DNA from: Craspedostauros australis
Lineage: Eukaryota
Length of the DNA: 37,304 nucleotides
Direction of reading: 5' to 3'
Assembly: GCA_030167865.1 (NCBI GenBank)
Contig: JALAGF010001744.1
Location: 1-37,304 of the forward strand
How positions within the stretch are numbered: position 1 is the stretch's first letter; each line of letters opens with the position of its first letter. Made by a program: the position numbers and the translations under genes. The notes below the pieces were generated by a model that made no database searches, was not told where the DNA came from, and saw only the letters and a program-made list of their open reading frames with translations. Shown here one piece after another: positions 11,118 to 21,248 of the stretch.

Positions 11118-11750
11118 CTACGCCGCATCCTTCTTGAGCCGCTTCAAGTAGGTTTGGGCGTGACTTCGAATCTGCGCCGATGATCGTGTCGTGATGCGTC
11201 GTGTCATGCGATTCCAAAGAGGGCCAAACTCGATGTAGCATTCGAGGAACAGCATGTGTTCTTCATCCGACCATTTCCCTTTGTTGTATTTTCGTGGCGG
11301 CATTGGTGTTGGTCGATATGTTGGTGGCGGCAGATGTGCTGGTCCGATGGGTTCTTGCTGGATGCTTTGGTCTTGCTCATGGCCTTGCAGCGGCGGTGGT
11401 CGATCATTGTTAGGATCGACGGCGGCGACTGCCAAGGTTGCCGGCTGTGGTGGGAGCGGCAGATCATGGCGAAGACCAGCGACGGCGGCATTGGCAATGG
11501 GCTTCGCAGGGACCTTTCGGGATGGCTTGCCGTCATCGTCGTTGGCGCCATCGTCGTTGCCGTCATCGTCAATGTTGCGATCCACGGCGACGGACGGCAT
11601 GGCGGCAACCGCTGACGTCCCTGGTTGCGATGGTGGTGGCTGCGTTCGCTGCCGTTTCGTTGCGCGGTCCAGTCGAGCCTGGAGGATCTCGATCGCTTCT
11701 TCGACCGTCTCGTTGCGAAAACGGGGCACGCCTGGTGGCGAGTCTTCCAT
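11118..11750 (-). CDS. 1R-Myb transcription factor, SHAQKYF class (variant SHAQTYL)
   Basis: C-terminal GKWSDEEHMLFLECYIEFGPLWNRMTRRITTRSSAQIRSHAQTYLKRL. ATG at 11750, with an in-frame stop upstream. Confidence 0.85.
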   Translation of the reverse strand: MEDSPPGVPRFRNETVEEAIEILQARLDRATKRQRTQPPPSQPGTSAVAAMPSVAVDRNIDDDGNDDGANDDDGKPSRKVPAKPIANAAVAGLRHDLPLPPQPATLAVAAVDPNNDRPPPLQGHEQDQSIQQEPIGPAHLPPPTYRPTPMPPRKYNKGKWSDEEHMLFLECYIEFGPLWNRMTRRITTRSSAQIRSHAQTYLKRLKKDAA

Positions 11751-12723
11751 CTTCACAAATGCGCGCGCAACAATGATCGCGGCATTGACTTTCGTGGTGG
11801 CTCACGCAATGCTTGCGCAGCGTCGATGTTGGCGTGGCCTTTCGTTGCTCGCTCGCTCATTTTATGGAAGAGAATGATGCCACGAGGATCATCGTCTCGC
11901 AAGCATCGCTCACCGCATCATTGTGTATCTGCGTCAGATCATGATCGTTGTCGCCATCACAGTATCTCGTAACGCAGAACATGGTGGATCCCGCATGGGC
12001 CCGCACGCGCAGATGCGATACTCCACGGTTCGACTTCATGCGGTATCGCGGTTGTGTTCTTGGTCCTCCCATGCGTCGCACATCATGGTGTTGCTCCCAT
12101 CATGTGCTCTTGCGTCCGCTTGTGGAGCGACTTGTTGTGGCATCGATTTGTTGCATCCTCTAATTGTCGTGAACGATTTGTGAAGTACTCTTGCGTCAAC
12201 AGAAGGAACGTTGGGGTGTTGGACGTTCTGCCGCGATACTTCCGCGATGATCCTGGGATTTATTTTTCGTGTCACAGTGACGTCTCTATTCACTCCTCAA
12301 TAGCCTGTCGCTGACCATTGTGAACAAAACGAGGCGAATCGCCGCATGTCTGGTCTGTGTGGTGGTGGTGGTTGAGAGACGTCACCATCGTGGTGGTACG
12401 AGGGAGGGAGCAAGCAAGAACAATCCAACACAGCGGCAACATCGACATCACCAACAGCGCGGGGACAGGATGAATGGCGATACCGTGTCACACCTCGCCA
12501 CACGAACCACCCTTCACGCAAGAGCATCACACACAAAGAATCCAAGACCACGATCTTTGCGACTGTTTTTATTGGCGGATGATACCGATACCCCACGCAA
12601 ACCAGGCAGCACGACTCAATCAATGAGCAGCTGCTGTCAACGTGATGCGAAAGATAGACAATAAAAGAGAGCAGAGGCTCCATAGATCGGACACGACGCT
12701 CGCTCAGTGATCGCCGCGTGACG

Positions 12724-14124
12724 ATGAAAGGGAGGAAGAGCGGTGATGGCAGGACCGTTCCATTTGCCGGCGCTCATGGTCGCAACCGCACCAATGACAG
12801 CGGCACTCATCGCAGCTGTCACGTGCTGCGCTACCGATGCCTGCAGGCGGCATTCTTCGTCTTCCTTGCCTTCGTGTGGACCATCAACCTCACGCTGTCG
12901 GACCAACCCATTCATCAATCCACCATCACCACCGATTCCAAGCTCCTTTCGCCGAATCAGCCGTCCAACGAATGTTATCCGAGAGTGCGGGAGGATGATA
13001 TGCCCATCATGGTCCGTGATGCCAACGCTGGCATCAGCATCGGAAGCAGCAATGGCAGCAGCAATGCCAATGACAAATTCCAGCTGAAGGTCCCGTTCTA
13101 CGTCTACACCAACGAACTCAACTGGTCCAACATGACCAGCTGCGGCGTGCCCATCGGACAGACGGATTACCCAATGACGAAGCATGCCGATGACTATTGG
13201 ATGTATCAGAGTGCGATGCAACATCCCATGAGGACGGACGATCCAGAGCAGGCCAAGCTCTTCTTCGTACCCTTGTATATGAATGCAATTGGTCGTTCGA
13301 TATCCAAAACGGATTACCATCTGTGCATCCCATCGTCGGACGGCAAGCACACCAGATGCTTCGATCGCGAACATCCGGGATCGTTGTATAGATGGGTCGA
13401 TACTGTCCTCGCAGAATCTCCATATTTTCAACGCAACCGAGGCAAGGATCACGTGCTTGTCGCGTCCCACTACGTCCTCAAGCGACGTTCGCTGCAATTC
13501 ATTGCCTACAACAATCTCCTGCGTTGCAATCGGGTCATTTTTGAGAACTTCCCGCAGCAGCCCTTTTGGGTACCCGGCCGCGTCGAGATACCCAGCCTTT
13601 ACAATGCCAATCACATGGGATGCACTCCTGTTGAAACCAAGACGTCGGACTTCGCCATGATCGCATCCATGCTCGATCGGCCCACCTTCAAATCGCGTCA
13701 CAACATCTGCAGGTGGCTGCGGGAGGATGCTGATCAGTACTCCGTCGGTCATTGTGGAGAGGGAGACATGTGTCCTGTCCTGGCCACTTCCAAATTTGGT
13801 TTCCATCCCCGTGGCGACACCTTGGGATCGAACCGTATCATGGACACCATCCTGAGCGAGACTATCCCGTTGTTTACGGAGCAAGAGCAGTATGATATCC
13901 TCCCCGATTTCATTCCTTTCCGTGAGATGAGCTACTACATCGATTCATATTCGTATGAATCGTTCACCAAGACGATGCACGAGCTGTCTGCTGTATCGCA
14001 ACAGGAATACGATGAGAAGATGGCGGTGTTACGGAAGTACAAGGACAGATGCAACTTCATGACGGGTGAACCTTTCGATGCGTACATGACGAGCTTTGCT
14101 CGCAAGTTGGGGCTGCAACCGTAG
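12724..14124 (+). CDS. Exostosin-like glycosyltransferase (GT47), copy 1, type II membrane protein
   Basis: TM anchor AAFFVFLAFVWTI. GT47 motifs HPMRTDDPEQAKLFFVP, SPYFQRNRGKDHVLVASH and SKFGFHPRGDTLGSNRIMDTILSETIPLF. Confidence 0.9.
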   Translation: MKGRKSGDGRTVPFAGAHGRNRTNDSGTHRSCHVLRYRCLQAAFFVFLAFVWTINLTLSDQPIHQSTITTDSKLLSPNQPSNECYPRVREDDMPIMVRDANAGISIGSSNGSSNANDKFQLKVPFYVYTNELNWSNMTSCGVPIGQTDYPMTKHADDYWMYQSAMQHPMRTDDPEQAKLFFVPLYMNAIGRSISKTDYHLCIPSSDGKHTRCFDREHPGSLYRWVDTVLAESPYFQRNRGKDHVLVASHYVLKRRSLQFIAYNNLLRCNRVIFENFPQQPFWVPGRVEIPSLYNANHMGCTPVETKTSDFAMIASMLDRPTFKSRHNICRWLREDADQYSVGHCGEGDMCPVLATSKFGFHPRGDTLGSNRIMDTILSETIPLFTEQEQYDILPDFIPFREMSYYIDSYSYESFTKTMHELSAVSQQEYDEKMAVLRKYKDRCNFMTGEPFDAYMTSFARKLGLQP

Positions 14125-14705
14125 GCGTTGGCAGAAGTGGCGAGAGTGGCGCAGGTGGATGCGTTCCTATTGGCACCACTCATGATGCTCGCAGAGTGTT
14201 CTTGGGAGATGTGGAGCATTCTCCGAGATGTTGACCCATCCTGTTTGAAGCTAGAGATGTAGACTACTTGTGCTCAATATATGTCTGTAAATGCACACTT
14301 ACCGTAACTTTCAATACGTGAGTCGTTGGCTTGAATCTCATTGGAAACGTGCATAAAACGATACCATTTCAGCTTGGTACCGAAGTACCATCCAGTGCAA
14401 GAACGCAAAATGGGCCCAAAGGCTTCGCTGGGTGTCGAATTCACGAACAACCACGCGTGCGACACACGTAAACGTGTATCGAATCAGTCATGGGATCAAG
14501 ACACCACAAATTTTGTTTCCCCTCATGTTTCCGCGGTTGTCGTCTTGAACTGTGGGACAATGACATCGCGGGGTAGCTCACAAGGTGGAGGCGCCCAACA
14601 ACATCCACACGGTTCGTTCTGAGCCGGATGCTCTCCGTGCCATCAGTGTTGCCATCGGTGTACCATTCTCACATACTGATACTCGTGCCTCGCATCCCAC
14701 ACAAA

Positions 14706-14771
14706 CAAGGCAAGGCAAGGCAAGGCAGAGCATAGTTACCATACATCCTCGTACTCGTACTCGTACTCGTA
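14706..14771. repeat. Microsatellites (CAAGG)4 and (CTCGTA)4 upstream of GT47 copy 2
   Basis: Read directly: 14706-14725 and 14748-14771. Confidence 0.9.
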
Positions 14772-14804
14772 ATCCACATACACCACACATTCCCCATCGT
14801 GGCA

Positions 14805-16397
14805 ATGCGGCAGGTCGAGAGCGCCGGAAGGAAGAGGACCGACAGGCCAACAGGAGCACCCAGCTCGCCCAGCGATCGCTCCAACACGATGAGAGGGAGA
14901 ATCGGGAGCACTAGCAGCAGCAACACCAGTAGCAGTACCAGCAGCAGCAGCAGGACTCTTCCCTTTGCTGGTGCCCATACGCTCTTGCACAGCCGCAATC
15001 ACAGCAATGACACTTCCAATGGCGACGGCGGTGACGATGATGGCAACGGCAATAGCAATACCAGCGACATCGACAGCCAACGACATCATGGACACAGCCA
15101 TCGCAGCTGCCATTCACTTCTGCAGCAGTGCCATCCACCGCAAAATCGATGTCTCAAGGCGACATGCTTTCTATTCATTGCCTTCATCTGGACCGTCAAT
15201 TTCATGTTGTCCGGGCAATCCATCCATCAATCCACCATCACCACCGATTCCAAGCTTCTTTCGCCGAATCAGCCGTCCAGCGAGTGCTATCCCAAAGTGA
15301 GAGACGACGACATGCCCATCATGACGACGGATAGAAGCGCGGAAGATAAATTCCAGCTGAAGGTCCCGTTCTACGTCTACGCCAACGAACTCAACTGGTC
15401 CAACATGACCAGCTGCGGCGTGCCCATCGGACAGACGGATTACCCAATGACGAAGCATGCCGATGACTATTGGATGTATCAGAGTGCGATGCAACATCCC
15501 ATGAGGACGGACGATCCAGAGCAGGCCAAGCTCTTCTTCGTACCCTTGTATATGAATGCAATTGGTCGTTCGATATCCAAAACGGATTACCATCTGTGCA
15601 TCCCATCGTCGGACGGCAAGCACACCAGATGCTTCGATCGCGAACATCCGGGATCGTTGTATAGATGGGTCGATACTGTCCTCGCAGAGTCTCCATATTT
15701 CCAACGCAGCAAAGGCAAGGATCACGTGCTGGTAACATCCCACTACGTCCTCAAGCGACGTTCACGGCAGTTCATTTCCTATGGCAACCTCCTGCGTTGC
15801 AATCGGGTCATTTTTGAAAATTTTCCACAGCAGCCCTTTTGGGTGCCTGATCGCTTCGAAATACCGAGTCTCAGAAACGCCAATCACATGGGATGCACTC
15901 CTGTTGAAACCAAGACGTCTGACTTCGCCATGGTCGCATCCATGCTCGATAGGCCCACCTTCAAATCGCGCCATAATATCTGCAGGTGGCTGCGGGAGGA
16001 TGCCGATCAGTATTCTGTTGGCCATTGTGGAGAGGGAGACATGTGTCCGGTCCTGGCCACTTCCAAATTCGGTTTCCATCCCCGTGGCGACACCTTGGGA
16101 TCGAACCGTATCATGGACACCATCCTGAGCGAGACTATTCCTTTGTTTACGGAGCAGGAGCAGTATGATATCCTCCCCGATTTCATTCCTTTCCGTGAGA
16201 TGAGCTACTACATCGATTCATACTCGTATGAATCTTTCACGAAGACGATGCAAAAGTTGTCAGCTGTATCACAACAGGAATACGATGAAAAGATGGCGGT
16301 GTTACGGAAGTACAAGGACAGATGCAACTTCATGACGGGTGAACCTTTCGATGCGTACATGACGAGCTTTGCTTGCAAGTTGGGGCTGCAGCCGTAG
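14805..16397 (+). CDS. Exostosin-like glycosyltransferase (GT47), copy 2, tandem paralog
   Basis: Same GT47 motifs and TM anchor. Catalytic region nearly identical to copy 1 at an offset of 2273 bp. ATG at 14805 (alternative 14889). Confidence 0.9.
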   Translation: MRQVESAGRKRTDRPTGAPSSPSDRSNTMRGRIGSTSSSNTSSSTSSSSRTLPFAGAHTLLHSRNHSNDTSNGDGGDDDGNGNSNTSDIDSQRHHGHSHRSCHSLLQQCHPPQNRCLKATCFLFIAFIWTVNFMLSGQSIHQSTITTDSKLLSPNQPSSECYPKVRDDDMPIMTTDRSAEDKFQLKVPFYVYANELNWSNMTSCGVPIGQTDYPMTKHADDYWMYQSAMQHPMRTDDPEQAKLFFVPLYMNAIGRSISKTDYHLCIPSSDGKHTRCFDREHPGSLYRWVDTVLAESPYFQRSKGKDHVLVTSHYVLKRRSRQFISYGNLLRCNRVIFENFPQQPFWVPDRFEIPSLRNANHMGCTPVETKTSDFAMVASMLDRPTFKSRHNICRWLREDADQYSVGHCGEGDMCPVLATSKFGFHPRGDTLGSNRIMDTILSETIPLFTEQEQYDILPDFIPFREMSYYIDSYSYESFTKTMQKLSAVSQQEYDEKMAVLRKYKDRCNFMTGEPFDAYMTSFACKLGLQP

Positions 16398-16617
16398 GAG
16401 TTGATGAGAACGATGGAACTGATGGAGGTGGAGGAAGGTTGGTGCATCGTACAAGTTTCACAGTGTAGAGCATGTCGCACAATAGAGCATTGTAAAATAC
16501 AACATATTTGTATTACTCTTGGAATAGAGTACTGTCATCTGCTGTGTTTCTGCCGAGATGCATAATGAAAATACTAAAATCACACGCTAACGTACGGTAC
16601 TCTGGAGTACTACTAAT

Positions 16618-18423
16618 CTAAGTCAAGATCGCTGGATTGTCGGCGTCTGCTTGCGACTGTGCTTCTGCAGCCTTTGTTTCCTCGCACTCTTCGCGAAGTT
16701 CCTCCAAGATCTCATCGCGCGCCAGCTGTTCGATGGAGGTCACCAAGCAGTACTTGAGGAAGGTTTGCGGCGCCAACACCAACTGCCCGGCCGAGACCAG
16801 AACGTAGAATCCAAACACCATCAGCTCCGGCACGAGCAAATCCGGGTTGCCCACATTGTCGGCATGCTGCGTCAGCGCGCTGATGTCGCGCGCCACGATC
16901 TGCGTCCCCCACAGCACGATCTGCGAGATGACCAGCCAGATCTGGAACTTGATGGATTTGATGTACAGCTCCGGCCCCGCCGCCCCGGCCTTGCCGAACA
17001 GCCGCTCCTGATCGTTCGTGGCCGGTTCACCGAACTGCGATTCGATCCACCCGAAGATGCCGGGCGAGGAATCGAAATTGCGCAGCAGGTCGTCGTCCTC
17101 GTACTTGGGGGGCAGCAACTGGACCTCGCACGAACTCTGCGAATCCTTGACGAGGATCGGGGTCAGCATCTGCATGATGGAGTTCAGCTTCCAAAAATTC
17201 CACCACCCCCAGGTCCAACCCACGAAGGCGGCGAACGTGCACACCGCGAAGTTCTCGGGCGTTCCTAGAAAGTATCCGCTCGACGCGAATGCGTTGTGGG
17301 ATGCCGCCGACACGACGTCGCGTGAGACGTCAATGGAATTGGCCACGGCCAGAGCCGGGATGAGCGGCAGCCACGTGAGCGGCGACAGCTCGACGATCTC
17401 GGCCAACTTCTCACCGAAGATCTTGGAAAAGTAGAGATCGATGCGAAAGTCGGCGGGGACCTTGGCGGAACGGATCAACCGCTCGCGCACGACGAGCGCC
17501 TCGGCCTTGATCTGCGTGTCGGTCATGCGCAGTTCGTCCCACAGCGACGGTGGCGGCACCGTGCGGACGGCCTGTCGGATCTCATCCTCCGTCAAGACGC
17601 CGTCGCCATCGAGATCGACGGGGACGCTGGGTACGTTGAGAAAGGCGGCCAGCTCGGCCAATTCGACAACGCCGTCCTGGTTCTTATCAAGGACGGCCTT
17701 GCGGAATTCAAGCAACGACGCGAGCTTCTTAAGGACGAGAAAGACGGTCAACCCGGCGACGCAGAAGAAGGCGACTCCGACCTCAAAGAAGGTGTCGTGC
17801 AGAAACTCGAACGTTTCCAGCAAGATCTCGCCGTTGCCGAGGAATTCCTCGCTGATTTGTTCGACGATCATGCCGAAGGGCCCGTTGACGACGAGGGTGC
17901 CCAGCAACAGACCGATGAAACCGAGTCCGCCGATCTCTCCCAAGATGGAATCCAGTACGGGCATGAGGGTGGTGGGCAAGGTTTTGCGCAAATTCTGGAT
18001 GGTCATCTCCCACGAATAGAGGAGGGCCACGATGGAGACCATTATGAGGGATGACCAGACGGTTGGACTCTGCAGGATGGTTTCAAAGACCCCGATGGAT
18101 TCATGCGCGGAACGCAGGGTGGTGGGAGTTGACTGGAAATGACTCGTTCGGTGTTTGGATTGGGTATCATGGAAGATGGTGGCAGCGGCGGTCGATGGAG
18201 AAGATGGATGGTGTTCCATGCGGCCTCTGTGGTTGATGACGTTGGTGCCAACGCCGGTGCTTGTGGTGACCTGGGTCATGGGAGCAAACGCATGCACCAT
18301 GACTGGGGATGGAAAGGAAGGACCCATGGTCGTCATCAGCAGAGACATCAGCAGGGCCATCCAGGCATACTCGTACGCTGATATTCTGCCATAGCGGGGA
18401 ACTGAGAAGCGGGAGGACTTCAT
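16618..18423 (-). CDS. MLO-like multi-pass membrane protein with two EF-hands and a bipartite plastid-type leader
   Basis: LDSILGEIGGLGFIGLLL resembles MLO LEKIKxELMLLGFISLLL. FEFLHDTFFEVGVAFF resembles LHQLHIFIFVLAV. RERLI..FRIDLYFSKIFGEKLAEIVELSPLTW resembles RxGFI..FDFHKY..RSLEDDFKxVVGISxxLW. EF loops DKNQDGVVELAE and DLDGDGVLTEDE. Leader motif VMVHA|FAP. Start at ATG 18423 or 18360. Confidence 0.75.
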   Translation of the reverse strand: MKSSRFSVPRYGRISAYEYAWMALLMSLLMTTMGPSFPSPVMVHAFAPMTQVTTSTGVGTNVINHRGRMEHHPSSPSTAAATIFHDTQSKHRTSHFQSTPTTLRSAHESIGVFETILQSPTVWSSLIMVSIVALLYSWEMTIQNLRKTLPTTLMPVLDSILGEIGGLGFIGLLLGTLVVNGPFGMIVEQISEEFLGNGEILLETFEFLHDTFFEVGVAFFCVAGLTVFLVLKKLASLLEFRKAVLDKNQDGVVELAELAAFLNVPSVPVDLDGDGVLTEDEIRQAVRTVPPPSLWDELRMTDTQIKAEALVVRERLIRSAKVPADFRIDLYFSKIFGEKLAEIVELSPLTWLPLIPALAVANSIDVSRDVVSAASHNAFASSGYFLGTPENFAVCTFAAFVGWTWGWWNFWKLNSIMQMLTPILVKDSQSSCEVQLLPPKYEDDDLLRNFDSSPGIFGWIESQFGEPATNDQERLFGKAGAAGPELYIKSIKFQIWLVISQIVLWGTQIVARDISALTQHADNVGNPDLLVPELMVFGFYVLVSAGQLVLAPQTFLKYCLVTSIEQLARDEILEELREECEETKAAEAQSQADADNPAILT

Positions 18424-18993
18424 TCTGCCAGTTCCATCAATTCTGCTGTTGCTTGAGAGTCTGCAACGTATAGTAGACACTCTGCGAGTTTGTAGAATAT
18501 TTCACTCCACTTGATGGCTACAACCGACAACAAATGAACAATTGTCGGCGATGTTGATGTTGATGGCGATGTGAATGCTGATGGTGCAGAGTATGTACGA
18601 CCTCTGCACTAAGAGTGTATGGTATGCAGTCTGGAGTGTTGATCTTTGTGACAGTGCCGTCTTTCTCTGTCACACCCCTGCAATGCCAACGAACTGATGT
18701 CACCATCGCACCTTCAGTCGCAACTGAGCAGCACACCCAAACACCACAACATGATGGTATGTGATGTCACATGATGCGCATTTGTTCGCGACGGGGAGTT
18801 CCTGGAGTTTGTGCCGAAGTTGAACTTTGCCGTTGTTTTGGAGACACGACGTCACACATTGATGGATCGTTGATTCATTCGACTACAAAAAGTGAGAAAC
18901 GAATCTTTCCAGATCTTTCTGCGATGGAGCGGGAAGAGAGAGCAGAGAGTGGTCATAATCTGGCAGCGCTCTCACTCTGGACATACCACAACT

Positions 18994-19025
18994 GCAACAA
19001 AGGCAACAAAGGCAACAAAGGCAAC
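18994..19025 (+). repeat. 9-bp tandem repeat (GCAACAAAG)x3.5 immediately before the dioxygenase ATG
   Basis: Read directly. Confidence 0.9.
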
Positions 19026-19026
19026 C

Positions 19027-20187
19027 ATGGATCCATCGCACCAACCCAACAGCAACGTCGAGGAGCAAGATGGCCACCAGAAGCAGACGCTGTCTGTTCC
19101 CATCATCGATCTCTCCCAATCCGACAGCGATCACCAACTGGCGCGGTCCATCGCGCATGCCTGTTCCACCATCGGATTCTTTCAGGTCCTTCACCACGGC
19201 ATCCCGCCCGCGTTGATCCAACGCTTCCGTCAACAATGCAAGCTCTTTTTCGCCTTGCCGCGCGACGTCAAGCTGCAGCTCAAACGCAACGCGTCCAACG
19301 CGCGCGGGTACTTTGACGACGAGCTGACGAAGCAACGGCGCGATTGGAAGGAGGCCTTTGATTTTGGAGTGCAAGGCGAACACTGTCTGGATGGATCGAA
19401 CCAGTTTCCTAGCGAGCAGATCTTGCCACAATTCCGTGACGTCATGATGCAGTACTTTGATGCGTGCGCCGAACTATCGCATCGTTTGGCCGTGCTCATG
19501 GTGCGCGGGTTGCGGCAGGGCAATACCGCTGCTGCTGTGGATGAAGACGACATACTGGACGACCTGAAACACCATCATTCCAGTTACATGCGCATGAATT
19601 ACTATCCGCCGTGTACCGAAACGCAGGCCACCGAGCATGAATCTCCGTTGGGCATCTCGCCGCATTACGATGCCGGATTCCTCACGGTCCTGCTTCAGGA
19701 TGACGACTGTCATTCCCTGCAAGTGCAGCCACCGTCCACCAATGGCGAAGCGATGCCATGGATCACGGTGCATCCGGAGCCTGGCGCACTGACGATCAAC
19801 ACGGGCGACATGGCGCAGATCTGGTCCAACGGGCGGTACAAGGCGCCGTTGCATCGCGTCTTGACCAACAACGCCCGCGTGCGGTATTCGACGCCGTTCT
19901 TCTACAATCCCAGCTACCGCTGCATGGTGCAGCCTGTCATCGTAGCTGACGGCAATCATCAAGAGACCAACTACCATCTTGTGTCGTGGGGGTACTTTCG
20001 TGCGTTGCGCTTTGCCGGCGATCTGACGGATCTGGGGGTGGAAATTCAGATCTCGCACTTTGAGCGGGATGACGAGAACGGCAAGGAGCACAGCCATCTT
20101 CGCAAACAGCAGCTCTTTCTCGAACAAGTCGATTTGGACGAGCCATTTTCTGTGGAGAAGCACAGGCAACTACTCACGATGGCTTGA
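19027..20187 (+). CDS. 2-oxoglutarate/Fe(II)-dependent dioxygenase (IPNS-like, DIOX_N + 2OG-FeII_Oxy)
   Basis: VPIIDLS..ACSTIGFFQVLHHGI; RMNYYPPC; facial triad HYD...H (SPHYDAGFLTVLLQD, LHRV); RxS in RYS; INTGDMAQIWSNGRY. Confidence 0.93.
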   Translation: MDPSHQPNSNVEEQDGHQKQTLSVPIIDLSQSDSDHQLARSIAHACSTIGFFQVLHHGIPPALIQRFRQQCKLFFALPRDVKLQLKRNASNARGYFDDELTKQRRDWKEAFDFGVQGEHCLDGSNQFPSEQILPQFRDVMMQYFDACAELSHRLAVLMVRGLRQGNTAAAVDEDDILDDLKHHHSSYMRMNYYPPCTETQATEHESPLGISPHYDAGFLTVLLQDDDCHSLQVQPPSTNGEAMPWITVHPEPGALTINTGDMAQIWSNGRYKAPLHRVLTNNARVRYSTPFFYNPSYRCMVQPVIVADGNHQETNYHLVSWGYFRALRFAGDLTDLGVEIQISHFERDDENGKEHSHLRKQQLFLEQVDLDEPFSVEKHRQLLTMA

Positions 20188-20202
20188 TGAACAGCGGAGG
20201 TC

Positions 20203-20257
20203 AGAGTAGAGTAGAGTAGAGTAGAGCAGAGCAGAGCAGAGCGGAGTAGAGTAGAGT
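20203..20257. repeat. Pentanucleotide microsatellite (AGAGT/AGAGC)n in the dioxygenase 3' region
   Basis: Read directly. Confidence 0.9.
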
Positions 20258-21248
20258 CGCACATTACGTTTTTGATAGGTACAGCTCGCCTTCACGTGCA
20301 CTCACGTGCAAGAGAAAGAGGGACGGAGACAGAGAGTAGATGGGGATCTCGGTGCTTGTTGCAACCACGAGTAGAACTATCGGCAGTGCGATGTAGACTT
20401 CACAGTAAGGCCGCCACCACCAACCCGCCAGTCGAGGCTTTTTTCTCCAGTCCTCTTTTTGTCGTTCCAGGTGATTGGCATCTGTCAAACAACACGTTCG
20501 GCTTGTGACGTGACGAGTTCGGGTTTCTCACGAGATTCGTCTTTTTTCCGATTTGACGTGGGGTTTTTGCAGCTGTTCGGAATTGTTGGCACAGGTCGAT
20601 AAGTGGAGAATCTGTTCTTCTTGGCACTCTGGTGCACTTCATCTATGTTCGCAAACCGTCATCTTTGACGTCATCGTTCTGTTTTAGAACACACCATCCA
20701 TTCTTGTTCCGAAACACACACAAACTTCACTTTCGCGATCTTCCTTGACATCATGTGGTGCTGTCATTGTTGATGTCGTGTCGTGTCGTGTCGCGTCGTG
20801 CGATGGCATCATCGTGTCTTGTGGGGGCGTGTCGAGTTTGGCAGAATGTTGCCTTGCTTCTCCTGCACGATGTGTGTGTGGCCTCTTCTCTTGTTGTTTG
20901 TTCTGTTCTGTTTCGGTTTGGTTTCGGCTGCAATCGTGTGCCGTGTTGTTCCTCGCAACAAAAAAGGAGAACAGCCGAAGGAACGATTGCTCTACTCCAC
21001 GCTACTCGTGCAGCATCAACAGGAACGGCAACAAACAACGCACACAACCAATCATTCAACTGCTCTTGGGCATCGACTCAACTCCATTGATTGCTACGCT
21101 ATAATTATTGAACGCGCTGCTTCGATTACCAGTCACTCAACCGTCCATCCATTCAATCACCAAGAGAGACAGACTCTTGCGCAGGACACCAGGCGAGACC
21201 CGTGGGATGTTGACGTGCTGGACGCACGTTGGGAGATTGCACGAATAG

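Noticed and set aside
11650-11720. Similarity of the small Myb's N-terminal helix (VEEAIEILQARL) to the large Myb's coiled coil (VETTLQALRRRY)
   Set aside because: Generic heptad similarity, too short to imply homology.
12724-20187. GT47 x2 + membrane protein + dioxygenase as a biosynthetic gene cluster
   Set aside because: Predicted compartments differ (Golgi, plastid, cytosol), there is no scaffold enzyme, and adjacency alone is not evidence.
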